Both the position numbers and the translations under genes were made by a program. Under the pieces are notes generated by a model. It made no database searches. It was not told where the DNA came from and saw only the letters and a program-made list of their open reading frames with translations. Below are positions 1 to 11,072 of a stretch of 47,069 nucleotides of DNA, piece after piece. Each line of letters begins with the position of its first letter. The stretch's first letter is position 1. The stretch covers positions 1-47,069 of the forward strand of contig JAHLWZ010000110.1 in NCBI GenBank assembly GCA_020536535.1. Direction: 5' to 3'. This DNA is from Pelomyxa schiedti (lineage: Eukaryota; Protista; Evosea).

Positions 1-1
1 C

Positions 2-604
2 CACGTGAGCAGACTCAAGGAGTATTACCCAAGAACGCCAGAGGCAGCACCAGAAATTGCAGCAGGAGATACATTTGATCCATCACTGGAACCCAAGGGC
101 ACCCTGGACACAAAAGAAGAATGACACCAAAGGTGGGAAGAAAAGCAGGGAAGGAAGAGAGAAAACAGGAAGAGAGAGATTGAAAAGTACGAAGAAGTAC
201 CTTCCCTTACACGCGACGCCAATGGCAGCATTGACCCACGAGACGGGGAGTGGCAACCACCAACAACGCCAGAGCCCACAGAACCACCCGAGACAACAAG
301 AACAACAACACAAGTTGCACAATCAACACGAGCCGCACAATCGACCCACAAGGAGGCCGATAGCGATGCAGACCTGCCCACCACGGGTGCCGACTCAGCA
401 CCGACAAAAGCGGTGACCGCACCAACAACGAATACCAGTAGACCAACCCGAAAACGCCACCCTCCAGCCCGCCTCAGCTACTACAAGCTGTACGCAGTTA
501 CTCCACCGGCACCAAAGCGGTTAGGAGTGGCCGAGGACGACAAATTCAAAAAGGGGAGGATAATCTGTCGGAGAGCAAGTTCCAAGAATCATCAGGAAGC
601 GTAG
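2..604 (+). pseudogene. pol (integrase C-terminal tail) with one in-frame stop
   Basis: Frame 2 reads HVSRLKEYYPRTPEAAPE...TKEE*HQRWEEK...RPTRKRHPPARLSYY...QEA*. The premature TGA is at 122-124; the frame stays open after it and runs into the LTR (TAG 602-604). Confidence 0.7.
548..560 (+). other. Polypurine tract (plus-strand primer) of the retrotransposon
   Basis: AAAAAGGGGAGGA, ending 5 bp before the TG that starts the LTR at 566. Confidence 0.75.
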
Positions 605-780
605 TTCGGTACAGAGCCAGCCATTCACAGGAACGGCCGGAGCGTTCATTCTAATGGCCTTTCCTTGAATCACCCGCCGTTGTACCACAGAAAGATTGTA
701 AATAGGAATAATAACAACAATGATTCTTCCTGATAGACACTATCACACACACAACTCAAATGGGAACGAGAGTCTTATCA
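566..780 (+). repeat. 3' LTR (215 bp)
   Basis: Starts TGTCGG and ends TTATCA. Similarity to the reverse complement of 25663-25857 begins and ends exactly at these boundaries. Confidence 0.85.
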
Positions 781-1385
781 GTGGTGGCGTATTGGGCCAA
801 ATCATCACACAATTTCCTGAGAATCCTCAGGATATAGTCTACGACGTTGACACAAAGCTGGGAAAAAATGAATTGCCAAAAATTTTGGTTTTCCCAAGAT
901 ACGATTTTGCCCTTGTTATGTTTGATCTTATGACACACAAAAATAAGTAAAAAAAAAAGCACACAAGACAACAATAACATAAGCAGGCGGTGTGGTGAAG
1001 ACAGAGACAGACAGCAAGCAGCGCAACAACAAGTGGTGGCTGATGGCTGATGGTGGTTGGAAATCACATAAGTGGGCAAGCACAGCAGCAAGAGCAGCAC
1101 CAGCCGCAAGTTCAGATCAGAGCAGTTCAGAGCAGAGCAGAGCAGATCAGATCAGGGGTGGTTGTTGTTTTCTGTTTAATGTCGCGTAATCAAGGATAAT
1201 ACTACAGGATACAGGAAATATATACCTAAATTGCAGATTGTGGATATGACTATGAATAAAATGCGAATAATATTTTATAAAGGATACTACTAAAGTGGCT
1301 GATACAGTACTTATGGAAGTGTTATAATCTACTAAATGTTATAAACCAGGATAGTAATAAATGTGTAATGGATACAAGATAGTTA

Positions 1386-1518
1386 AACCAGGATAGAATA
1401 TACTCTGTAATCGATACAGTCAAGATAAAGGATAGATTCTAAAATAAACGTAATGGATAAAGATAAATTTATTATCAACCAGGATAGAATATACTCTGTA
1501 ATCGATACAGTCAAGATA
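1386..1518. repeat. 42-bp exact direct repeat in an AT-rich degenerate minisatellite
   Basis: AACCAGGATAGAATATACTCTGTAATCGATACAGTCAAGATA occurs at 1386-1427 and 1477-1518, with a partial AACCAGGATAG near 1345. Confidence 0.85.
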
Positions 1519-2118
1519 CTATGTAAAATTGGATGATCTAACTGCCAAGTTAATAAAAATGATTGAAGAAAAACTAAGCATGTCAAAAAAGATAATAAAA
1601 AAACGAATTGGAAAAACATCTTCTAGCCATGTTTTTTTCGCAGCCGTCGGTATGAATGAATGCATGCAAGATGTGGTTGCGAGGTGAGACACCGATGGAG
1701 AGAGCCACCAGACTGACCCACAATTATCACACAGCCCCGGTACAACCACACGTGAATGTCATCTTAATTCTTCAATGTGCACTCCCCGACCACCACCCCC
1801 ACACAAACAACACCTTCTCTTTTATGCAATACCCCACGACGCCAAACTACCACCCTCAAGGAATACGAACCCCTCAATATAAAAGATGCCCAACTTCTTC
1901 TGCTTCCTTTGCACACTCATTACCTCGAAGCTGCACACCTTCCACTGGGCAGAGACCCCTGGTGCCACCCACAGCAGGTCCGACGGCGTCGGTTGGTGGC
2001 CAGTTGTCATCGATGAAACCCCTTTTTCGGGGAATGATGATGACTTACCGGTAATGATGATGTGGTCACGGACACGTGTGGGTTCCACAGAAGAGGAAGG
2101 ATACTGTTGGGGTTTTTT

Positions 2119-3444
2119 TTACATCAACAAACACTTCTCCTTTGGTGGTGGACGACTTGGCCTTCTGCAAGCACTGCTACGTGGGTTTCTGTCGATATTT
2201 TCTAGCACAAGAGTGCCAATGGCATGAGAAAGTTGTGGGATGTTTTTCCCTGTCAGTGCTGACACCTCAATGAATGCGTCAAACCCGTTTGTTTTTGCCA
2301 AATCCAGTCCTTGTGCCCGTGTCACTCCTTTTGGTCCGCGGTCTTTCACGTCTGATTTATTTCCACACAGAATCAACTGAAGTTCAGTGAGTTGGCAATT
2401 GTTTGGTTTTTTGTTATTGTTGTTGATACTGCAATGCTGAATGTTGGAGATCAAGTGAATCGTTAACCTTGACATCCATGGGAGCACCGCTGCGAATAGC
2501 CTCACGAATTTTGAACAAATAGACCAATCCCTCACTATCTGTGACATCGTATACAAGTACAACACACGCTGCTCCACGGTAATACATCGGTAACTATTTA
2601 TTAAGTGAATATAAAGAGACTCAAGAACAAACACCAACCAAGCTAAGGTATCTTTCCTGTCCGCAACAGTCTGTGGGTGTGTAGTTAATGTATCATTACT
2701 GACAACAGTCCCCGAGAACAAGTGGCGAATACCCCAAAGCTCCAACTTGACCTGCAGCGTTCCAGCAGGGGCATCCAAAACCATAAATCGGGCACCTATC
2801 GTGGGTGCGTATTCCATAGAGAAGCTACCTGATCTCATCCTCTCGACGATGCATGTCTTTCCTGCTTTTTCGGGGCCCAGTAGGCTAACTTTGGTTCCAT
2901 GCGATGCTATGTATTGGGTCACGTCATCGACATTGGTACGTGTTGTTATCCAATGAATTCCGGCTTTTTCCTTGAGTTCCTTGAGTCGCCTATAGTTTCT
3001 TGAAATTAGTTTACAATTGCAAGCAGCATATACCCAAAAAAAAAAAAAAAAAAAAAGGTTGTGTAAGTTGTAACTCTCCGATCCAAGGAACAAGGAAACC
3101 AAACCCAACATATAACTCACGATATTACGAAACACACACACAGCAGCGAAAACGTGGAACAGCCGGCACACACGATCGAGAGTACACAGCGTCGCCACGT
3201 CATCGTCGCCAACGTTTCCCACAATGCACTCTGCGATGCACTCGTCAACCCAGTAACCACAGCACCAGCAGCCGCGGGACTCGGTTGCGATTGTGGGAGC
3301 CCTTGTCTTTGGCGCAGGTGGGGTAGTTGTAGCAGTAGTGGTCGTGGTTGTGGCCGCTGGGTGAGGAGGAGGGTACACTGCGCGCACCCATAATCCTGGG
3401 GGTCCTGTGCCGTCGTGCTCCGCCGCCCCACAACCGTCGGCCAT
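2119..3444 (-). CDS. Atypical Rab/Ras-superfamily small GTPase with N-terminal extension
   Basis: Removing introns 2732-2671, 2638-2594 and 2467-2377 (all GT-AG) gives G1 GPEKAGKT, G2 YAPTIG, G3 WDCCGQERY, LPMYYRGAACVVLVYDVT, G4 NKSD, G5 EVSALTG and a C-terminal CaaX CLLM. ATG at 3444. Splicing around the 3035-3056 homopolymer is unresolved. Confidence 0.88.
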   Translation of the reverse strand: MADGCGAAEHDGTGPPGLWVRAVYPPPHPAATTTTTTATTTPPAPKTRAPTIATESRGCWCCGYWVDECIAECIVGNVGDDDVATLCTLDRVCRLFHVFAAVCVFRNIVSYMLGLVSLFLGSESYNLHNLFFFFFFWVYAACNCKLISRNYRRLKELKEKAGIHWITTRTNVDDVTQYIASHGTKVSLLGPEKAGKTCIVERMRSGSFSMEYAPTIGARFMVLDAPAGTLQVKLELWGIRHLFSGTVVSNDTLTTHPQTVADRKDTLAWLVFVLESLYIHLINSYRCITVEQRVLYLYTMSQIVRDWSICSKFVRLFAAVLPWMSRLTIHLISNIQHCSINNNNKKPNNCQLTELQLILCGNKSDVKDRGPKGVTRAQGLDLAKTNGFDAFIEVSALTGKNIPQLSHAIGTLVLENIDRNPRSSACRRPSRPPPKEKCLLM

Positions 3445-3621
3445 TTTTCTAAACGAAGAAAGTCGACGCACTTCGTTGATTCGACCAAAAGGCACCTTAT
3501 CTGGATGTGTTCTTTTTTGCACATTCAAAAAACCCGGAACACAGAACACAAACCCATCGAAAAAAAAAAAACAAAAGAATCACCCAACGTCAACGTACGT
3601 GGGTGTCAGTAACGCTAGACG

Positions 3622-6600
3622 ATGAAGTCTTCGTTACTTTTACGAGCTTTGCTGGTTACGTCCTCGTTGTGTATCTTAGTTTTTGGTTTTTCGTTGCGGA
3701 AGCCTGAGGACGACACTTTTGTATACGGCACCACAGATTCGCCGTTGTTACTCCCCGGCTCACCTGCCAAGATCTCAGACGCAAGAACGTCAACAAACAC
3801 ACGCGGATCTGTCGTATCGTCACCTACGTACATTCCACTGGGAAAACAGCAACAAAATGCAACCGGCGGGAACTTGTTTGCTGCATATTCGTACGTTTTC
3901 AACAGCGTGCACACGAGCAGAACTGATCTCATTTTGTATCCGTATACTTTTTCTGCACGTACGATTACAAATGCTACAATGGCGTTTAAGGAGGGAGCTG
4001 TCATTTCCGACGACGGTGCCGGGGGCGGTTTCTCTTTTGTTACTTCGGCGACCAATATTGAACTCGCACGGGCAAAGGCTCTTTACGATTCAAGTATAGC
4101 TATTCTGTCTGTCACGGGATTTTATGATGGAGCAACGAGAGATTTGACATATGAGTCTTCAAGGTACTGTTCTGCACTCCACGATTACCTTGTTGGAAAA
4201 TACCTGAATTGCTGGACATCCGCGGTTCCTTTTCCCTTTCCCTACAATCAATGCTGTCTGACATCTACCTTAGGAGTACCTTGCAGCCATTGCCCAAAAT
4301 CCAAATTTAGAAGCCACAAGTGTCGTTTATGTAACAGCTGCTGAGTGAGCTTCCATTCCCAATTTCCATTTCTTTACTGATCACGCTGTTAGTATTGCTA
4401 GTGGTTTCCTCTTTAACAATGGGCTACGTCGCTTTGGAGTTCTTATTATAAGCGATATATATTCTGGAAGTCAGTCTGTTATTGTTGAATCCTTAGGTTC
4501 AACTGGACTAGCCCAATTGACTTCGTTTACAACATCTGGTGGTATGATCTATGCAAGTGGCAAAGGAGCACTTGTTCTTTCAACTGCCGGATTGGTTGAT
4601 ACAACATTCGACCCCACGTTTGTACTTGGTGTAAGAGGAAGCCGGGCTCCTGTTTCAGGTTGCGACGACGCTGCCGTTACAGGCTCTGTAAGTGAAGCAG
4701 AGTGGATGTATCGTACCTTGTGTTTTGCTCCCCCAAGAGATGATGGTTCTCGTGCATTTACTACATTGTACACTGCTCCTATTGTTACCTCCCCAAATTG
4801 TATGGAGCCATTGCCAAAATTTTGTTATTACTCACAAATCTTATACTACCATAGCCATGAGCGTCATAGCTTCTTTTGCCCCTCGTTCTGATGTTGTATA
4901 TGTTCAATCTGACATAGTTTCTGGCACGTCAACCACAATTGATATTTCTCAGAAATCGTATCCTTGCGTTCTCGGGCGTACATTAGGAAGCGGTTACATC
5001 GTTGTAGAGCTGTCAAATCCTACGGCCGATTCTGCTTCATATCCTTGGTTTTATAATGCACTATTTCTGGCAAATTCTCGACCAATGATCATTGATCACG
5101 CAATTGTGGGAGACTATGATGTACTTCCTGCACTTGAGCAACTTGCTCTAAAAATAAATTTGGTGCTAACCAATTTGTACGACTTCTCCTTGAATAACTT
5201 CAGGGGAATTATTTGGCTTGCCAGTGGAACAACCCTTCTTGACATGCCCGATGTGTGCACGCTAAAAAACCAAACAACCCTACCCCAAGCACAACGACTA
5301 TCGGCGCCAAACACACTATTGGATCCTACATATTACGTGGATTGCTCCGGTTCTGGTAGTTTGGCGCCGTTTGGGGTGATCAATGTGACCCTCACAATAT
5401 TCATTGAGGATGTGAGCATCACACAAGTTCAGTATGGTGTGGTTATTGCTTACCCTCAGGTGAATTACACCGATTCAGCAAGGGCAAATCTACTAATTCA
5501 AGTTGACTTTGGTGCTATAAGCATCAACACCTTTATGGCTGCCCTCATTCGCACAGAAATGAATGTTGATCCTGCTGGCTTGTATCCCCTTCCAGGGTAA
5601 TTTTTTTTTTAAAAAAAGCTCTCCACTAACCTTCAATCAAAACAGATCAGGTGCATATATTGATGATGTTCTTACAGCTCAGAATACTGAAAACACCCCA
5701 GCACTGAATACAAAATACATATCCATTGTACCACTAATAAGCCCAATGGTTGATGGAAACAACGAGCAAATAGTAATTCGCACACTGGAGTTTGACTATT
5801 TGTACTACCAAAAGTTGACCAACCTGTTTTCTGAGTATAAGTACCCTTTTGATACCCCGGCACCTCCTTATGGTCCAGGCCAGGGCCGTGATGTGGACTA
5901 TCTTGATTGGCAGATTCTTGGATTACGCAACTCCCATCTTGTAGGAGACTGGGACACACCCGTAAAGAATTTCCGTGTTCCACGTAATACCTCTTTTCCA
6001 AGTGGGCTGGATGTGGTTGAACCCTCTGATGTAACCAACTCTCAATTAACAACTACTGTTACTACCGATCAAGATGTGTTATCCGAGACATTCTTCCCAG
6101 ATTCTGATAATTTCTATGAGCTGGCGACAAATAGGCTTCTGGCCTTCCTGGACACAACTGATCCTAAAGCTTTTTCTTCTTTTAATGAGGCAACATCATG
6201 GAAAGGAGGAGTAATGGAGCCCTGGAAACTTGCTGCCAGCGGTGACAGAATGCGTTCTAATCTTCTCCTTGTTCATCTTGATATCTACTTCTACAATGTC
6301 ACCCAGCAGTATCCACTACCAGAGGGTATCGACTCTGAGGCTGTGGTCTTTACAGCTGATAACTATAATGCTCGTGGCATTCCTGGTCCTTGTGTGTCTA
6401 AACTTGGAGAGCAGTATTCGAAAATTGTGAAGCAAGGATACTTTGGAAATTCTTATGTTGATGGATCACACTTTCCACCCGGGTTGCGTGCATCCGAATA
6501 CAACAACGGCATCCTCACATTGTGTGACCGTCGCGCCAATCTTATTACATGGGATGAGGCCGAGAATGCAACCAAGGGTCAAGTCACAAAGACACACTAC

Positions 6601-9600
6601 ATAGTGCCTCTGACGGATAATCCTGAAATAACCACCGGTGATGATGTGATGTATTTCGTTGCTGATCCGAAAGCTCCTAACGAGTGGTACTATGACCCTG
6701 GCACCTTGGAAGGCGACAGTACATATGGTACATACCACAATGTTCGCCTTGTGTGGGTGTACCATTCTCTTTTCGACATAACTCCTGAGAGTACTCGCAG
6801 AGGAGGAAGGGTAACCATCACCTTTGATGGGGCCATTTCTTGGGATACTCTTTTTGACGCTGTGGCCAATGGTGCCATAACAATACAACCAGACCAAGTT
6901 GCAATCACTGGCACTCAACAGATTAGCCAGAATTCCTTTTCGTTTACCTTCAAGAGGGGTTCAATGCCCAATGAGGGGTGGGGAAAACCAAGCCACATGG
7001 GACTCAACATCGAACATCTAGATTGCAGTGACTCTTCTATAACAGCAACAGTTATGGTTGAAGGTCTCATTTATGACCTATCAATACCTGAACCTCATGA
7101 AGCATATGAAACCACAGCCGGTCCATTTGGAATAACATTAACACGAACACTTGGACTGAGCCTCCCTGCTTTGAAAATGATCTACTCACTTGAGCGTGGT
7201 GAGTTCAAAAACGAGAGTACTCTTCTTCCCTATGAGAGCTTGGAACCATTTGTTCGCTTTGGTACCTATGTCCAAGAGCTTAAGCAGCATTCCACGGTAT
7301 GGGCCGATCTCGAGGTGCACCTCAACAACCCTGCAGGCGGGCAGGGCCTTGTTGCTGCCAGTGGAGATCCCCTATGGCTGTCTAATATGGGAATCAGTCC
7401 AATTCCATTTGCGGAATACATGACGACTGGTCAAAAACAACTCATTCCCAGTTCCTCTGAAAACTCTCGTGTGGAGTGGAGTGATATATGGGGAAGAAGG
7501 TTCTCACAGCCAGTGCGATCAGTTTATCCTGATGTTGCACCTCTACCGGGACCTTTGAGGAACTTTATGATGAGTACAACATTCCAGCTTGTTCATGACA
7601 CCTCTAAAGATCGGGAGTTACTTTGGCAAAGTGACGAGTCAATGGTTGTGCATGCCCAAGTGAAGCTGTTAAACAACTATGTAAAGTGGTTTGATTTGAC
7701 TACATGCAAGGATAATGAAGTTTTGGGCTCCTCAGCTGGTACTATTTATGATACCTCTGTTGTATCTCTGGAGCCAAATGATACAAATTGGTTTGTTAAC
7801 GTTGGCCATAGGGCACAGTACGGTGTTTGTATGCAAGAGGCGCCTTGCATCCTCGAAGGCCAGGAGCTCACCGCTGACCAAAGTGCACAAATAGCTTCTG
7901 CTTCTCTTTGCATTGACGGTTCTGATTGGTACCTAAATTGCCCTGATCTGCCTGACTTGCCTCATCTTGTCCATTGGGATTCATCCTCTGGAGTAGATGG
8001 AGGGCAAGCGTGGAATAGTATTCCTCAAGTCGAAAGCCATTACCCAGAAGGTTATATCATTCCCTCTATGTGGGATATAACCCAGCGGGACCATGAAGAC
8101 ACACCTTTCTATAAGAGTCACCCTTGGCACATGGACAATAACCTTCCTGGAGTAGACTGCGGAATTGACAAGCCCCAAAATATCATCGCCTTTGCTCTTT
8201 ACAAAGGACTAGGTTATAACATGGAGTACAGTAAAAAGTTATCGCATCCCAGATTTCCAGGAAAGCTTGGATGGTGGAGTGACAATTTGCAAAACAGGGA
8301 TAGAACTCTTCTTGCTGGACAAAGTACAGTAAATGAAATTTCTGTTGGACAGGACGATCTGACAGAGAAAGTTGGGTGGGTGTCGGCAGAAGACCTGTTC
8401 CCAGATCAAAGCTCCAAATTGCGGAATATCTATACATGCAATTTCAATAGATTCCGCGTTAGTGTCGATCCAGATAATGCTGTCCAATCTTTTCCAAAGA
8501 ACGTTTATATTAACAATATTGTACCCATTGATCCCACCCTGGAGAAAAATGATCCCCGCCTTTCCTCATATGACTGTGACGTTTCCTCACATATGTATTT
8601 CCCGGAAAACATTTCACAGTTTGACAACTATCTGGCCACTGAAGCCTCAAGTGATTGGCTCTACTTTGCTGCCAATTTACGAGGGGAAGCAACAGAAACA
8701 ATTAACGTTCTAATGACGCTCGATCCTAGCCCCAGAAGTGATGTCCATCAAGAGGGTATGACAAAGGTTACGGATCCCGCTCGATTTGTATACTGGAATC
8801 CAGCATTGGGTCCAAACACATTTTTGGTTGTTGACAACCTTGCCACTGTGATCATGGCCCGTAGAACGGATATTCGTGTAGAACATGACGCTTTGCCATC
8901 AGAAACTTCCACTTTCAATTCTTCTGTAATACACATCCTACGGCTGATTGATGTTGATGAAGTAAAAAGGACCTGGGACAGCCCCATATATTCTAATTAT
9001 TACGGATTTGGGGACTCTTCTATTAGTATTTACGTTGGTGGTTACAATAATTCAAAAGCTATTCTTCAGCCAGGTGATTTGACATATATTGAAATTGTTT
9101 TCAACAACAATGCTGGGTTCGACTGGAATCTCAAGGCTACAGCAATTAACTCTACTGAACTTGAAAGCAAACCTATTAGTGCGAATGATCTTATGTACAA
9201 CCTCAAGCATGCCATAATGGTACCAACCTCGTACAACTTTATGGAGGCAGAATTCGAGGACCCTGAGCTGGAGGATTGGGTTACACTTTGGCCTTCAGAC
9301 CAGAATGTCGATACTGCACCTATTTTCTTCGATTTCGAGAATATAAATGTGGCCACTGTCCGCGATGGGTTCAAGGGAAGATACTTCTACAAGCTACAAA
9401 TTAACCCCCTCATCCCCGACAAATTTAAGGGGCAACTTCATCATATCAAACTCAACCTAATTTCCGACTACTTTGATGCTCTGCCTGGCTTGGCTACCGA
9501 TCCAACGCCAGCTGATTATGCTAAGGCTCACCATGATTACACACTGTCAATCCCAGACATTGTATTTGGAATTCCTTATGGAACAGGTTCCTCTTATGCC

Positions 9601-10896
9601 GGGGTTGTTCACTGGACATCTGGACATGGCTACAACTTAACTTTTGCCCACCGAGTGCGTAATACACACAAACCCATGGATGCCTGTATAACAAATAGAG
9701 AAGCTGTTGTTGCACTTGCACAGATTACAGGACAGCCAGAAGATCTTATATACAACATCCAACAATTCTGGAAAAACCTTACCTCGACCTGCCAACATAT
9801 TCCGTTTACTGTCAAACCTGCAGATGCCGACTACAATCTTGTCACATTTAATTTTACTCAACTGGGTTCACAATTCCCTTTCCCAGTCACCCCTGGAAGT
9901 GGACCAGAAATTGCTGACTTGACAATGATGCTTCTTACATACGCTGATTACCTTCCATCAGGAAGAATAACTGTCAGCCCCCTGACGCTCGTAGAGTTTG
10001 AGGACGATGTTTCCAAACATAAGTTCGATTATAACACCACTCTCGACTCTGTTACTGTTGTTGGGCCTTTCCTCAATCTGGAGTTAGATGGCCAGCTCTT
10101 CGACAAAAATATGAAACCGTTACCCAATCAAACAGCCTTAGATCCGGATGCTTCTGGTTATGTCCAGCTCAATCTTACAGCAACCAATACTGGGAATGGT
10201 GTTGCCTACCATGTTAATCTATGGTTCTTTGTTCCTGTTACACTAAAAGTACAAGATACCAATGGGTATGATACAAAAGTGGAGTCCATAACACCTGCCA
10301 TTGTGCGCTTTGTTCTCCTTACTGACTTCTTATTGGTGCCGGGACAGCCGATACAAGCCAGTTTACTTTTTAAATTTTCCAAGGCCAAACAAGAGGACAA
10401 AGTACCAAACGATGACGGAACGAGAGTTTTCCTGAATGCTTCCGCTGGTCAGTTCGATTTAACACCAGACCCAGGTGTGGTTACTGTAACACAAAACCTC
10501 AACCAGCAATTCACAATTCCACTGGTTGGAACTTCCGATGGATTCTCGGCGGGCATTCTGTTTTGTATCATCGGCATACCCATACTCGCCGTTACTGCCC
10601 TCATTGGAGCCGGTGTCACAATGGCTGTCGTCTACAAGAGGAAGCACAAAGGAACCAAGACCCCCAGTAGAGCCGCAGCAGCATCGAAGCCGGCCGCGGC
10701 TCCAAAGACTCCGGAAGACGCCCCCAAGGTGCGCCGAGGCGTAGCCGACATGCACTACCTCATGGCTGGAGCCAAGGGAGTCAACATCAAGAACGGCAAT
10801 CCCACGGCTTTGTCTGTCGAGCCTCCGCCAGAGGAGACCAAGAACCTGGGATTCCTTGCCAAAGTCAAGAGGTTCCTTCTTTGCCAATGGTGGTAA
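3622..10896 (+). CDS. Very large (2346 aa) type I single-pass membrane protein of unknown family
   Basis: Exons 3622-4191, 4274-4344, 4393-4799, 4855-5596 and 5646-10896 join in frame (7041 nt). It has a signal peptide (MKSSLLLRALLVTSSLCILVFG), many N-x-S/T sequons, one hydrophobic helix (GILFCIIGIPILAVTALIGAGVTMAVV) followed by YKRKHK, and a cytoplasmic tail of about 85 aa. Confidence 0.88.
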
Positions 10897-11072
10897 CGCT
10901 GTATTTTTTTTTCCCCCAACAACAAAGAATATTTTTATTTTCTTTTTTTTCACCTTTGTTCTCCCCTTGTCCCGCAAACACTGTGCCCAAAGAAAGAATT
11001 GCAGCAAAAAAGCGAGTGTATTAGAAAATTCTCTCATATTTAGCGAAAGGAAAATTTAGTACTACGGGATGT

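Larger units (their letters stand above)
1..780 (+). mobile_element. 3' end of a Ty3/Gypsy-type LTR retrotransposon (continues left of the window)
   Basis: Frame 2 encodes HVSRLKEY (2-25) and RPTRKRHPPARLSYY, both typical of the Gypsy integrase C-terminal region. This is followed by a polypurine tract (548-560) and a TG...CA-bounded 215-bp LTR (566-780) that has a second copy at 25663-25857. Confidence 0.85.

Noticed and set aside
781-798. TGGTGGCG after the LTR as a primer-binding site
   Set aside because: This LTR follows pol and a PPT, so it is a 3' LTR. No internal element sequence follows, and tRNA complementarity could not be verified.
1386-1518. CRISPR-like repeat-spacer reading of the 42-bp duplication
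   Set aside because: Only two full copies, eukaryotic context and no cas genes.
1620-2110. Short ORFs between the AT-rich island and the GTPase stop
   Set aside because: Overlapping 79-132 aa ORFs on both strands with no recognisable motif or consistent splice model.
2119-3549. The 476-aa ORF taken as the literal protein
   Set aside because: It reads through three introns whose lengths (62+45+91 bp) sum to a multiple of 3, so the middle is out of frame. G3 and YYRGA appear only after splicing.
3622-10896. Calling the surface protein an integrin-beta or SibA homologue
   Set aside because: No NPxY motif in the tail (only NPTA) and no recognisable VWA DxSxS MIDAS motif.
10893-11059. Alternative last intron (GT at 10893 to AG at 11004) extending the tail to ...KKASVLENSLIFSERKI
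   Set aside because: The splice signals are plausible, but it would leave only 13 bp to the convergent FKBP stop and the unspliced frame already ends at TAA 10894-10896. It cannot be decided without RNA.
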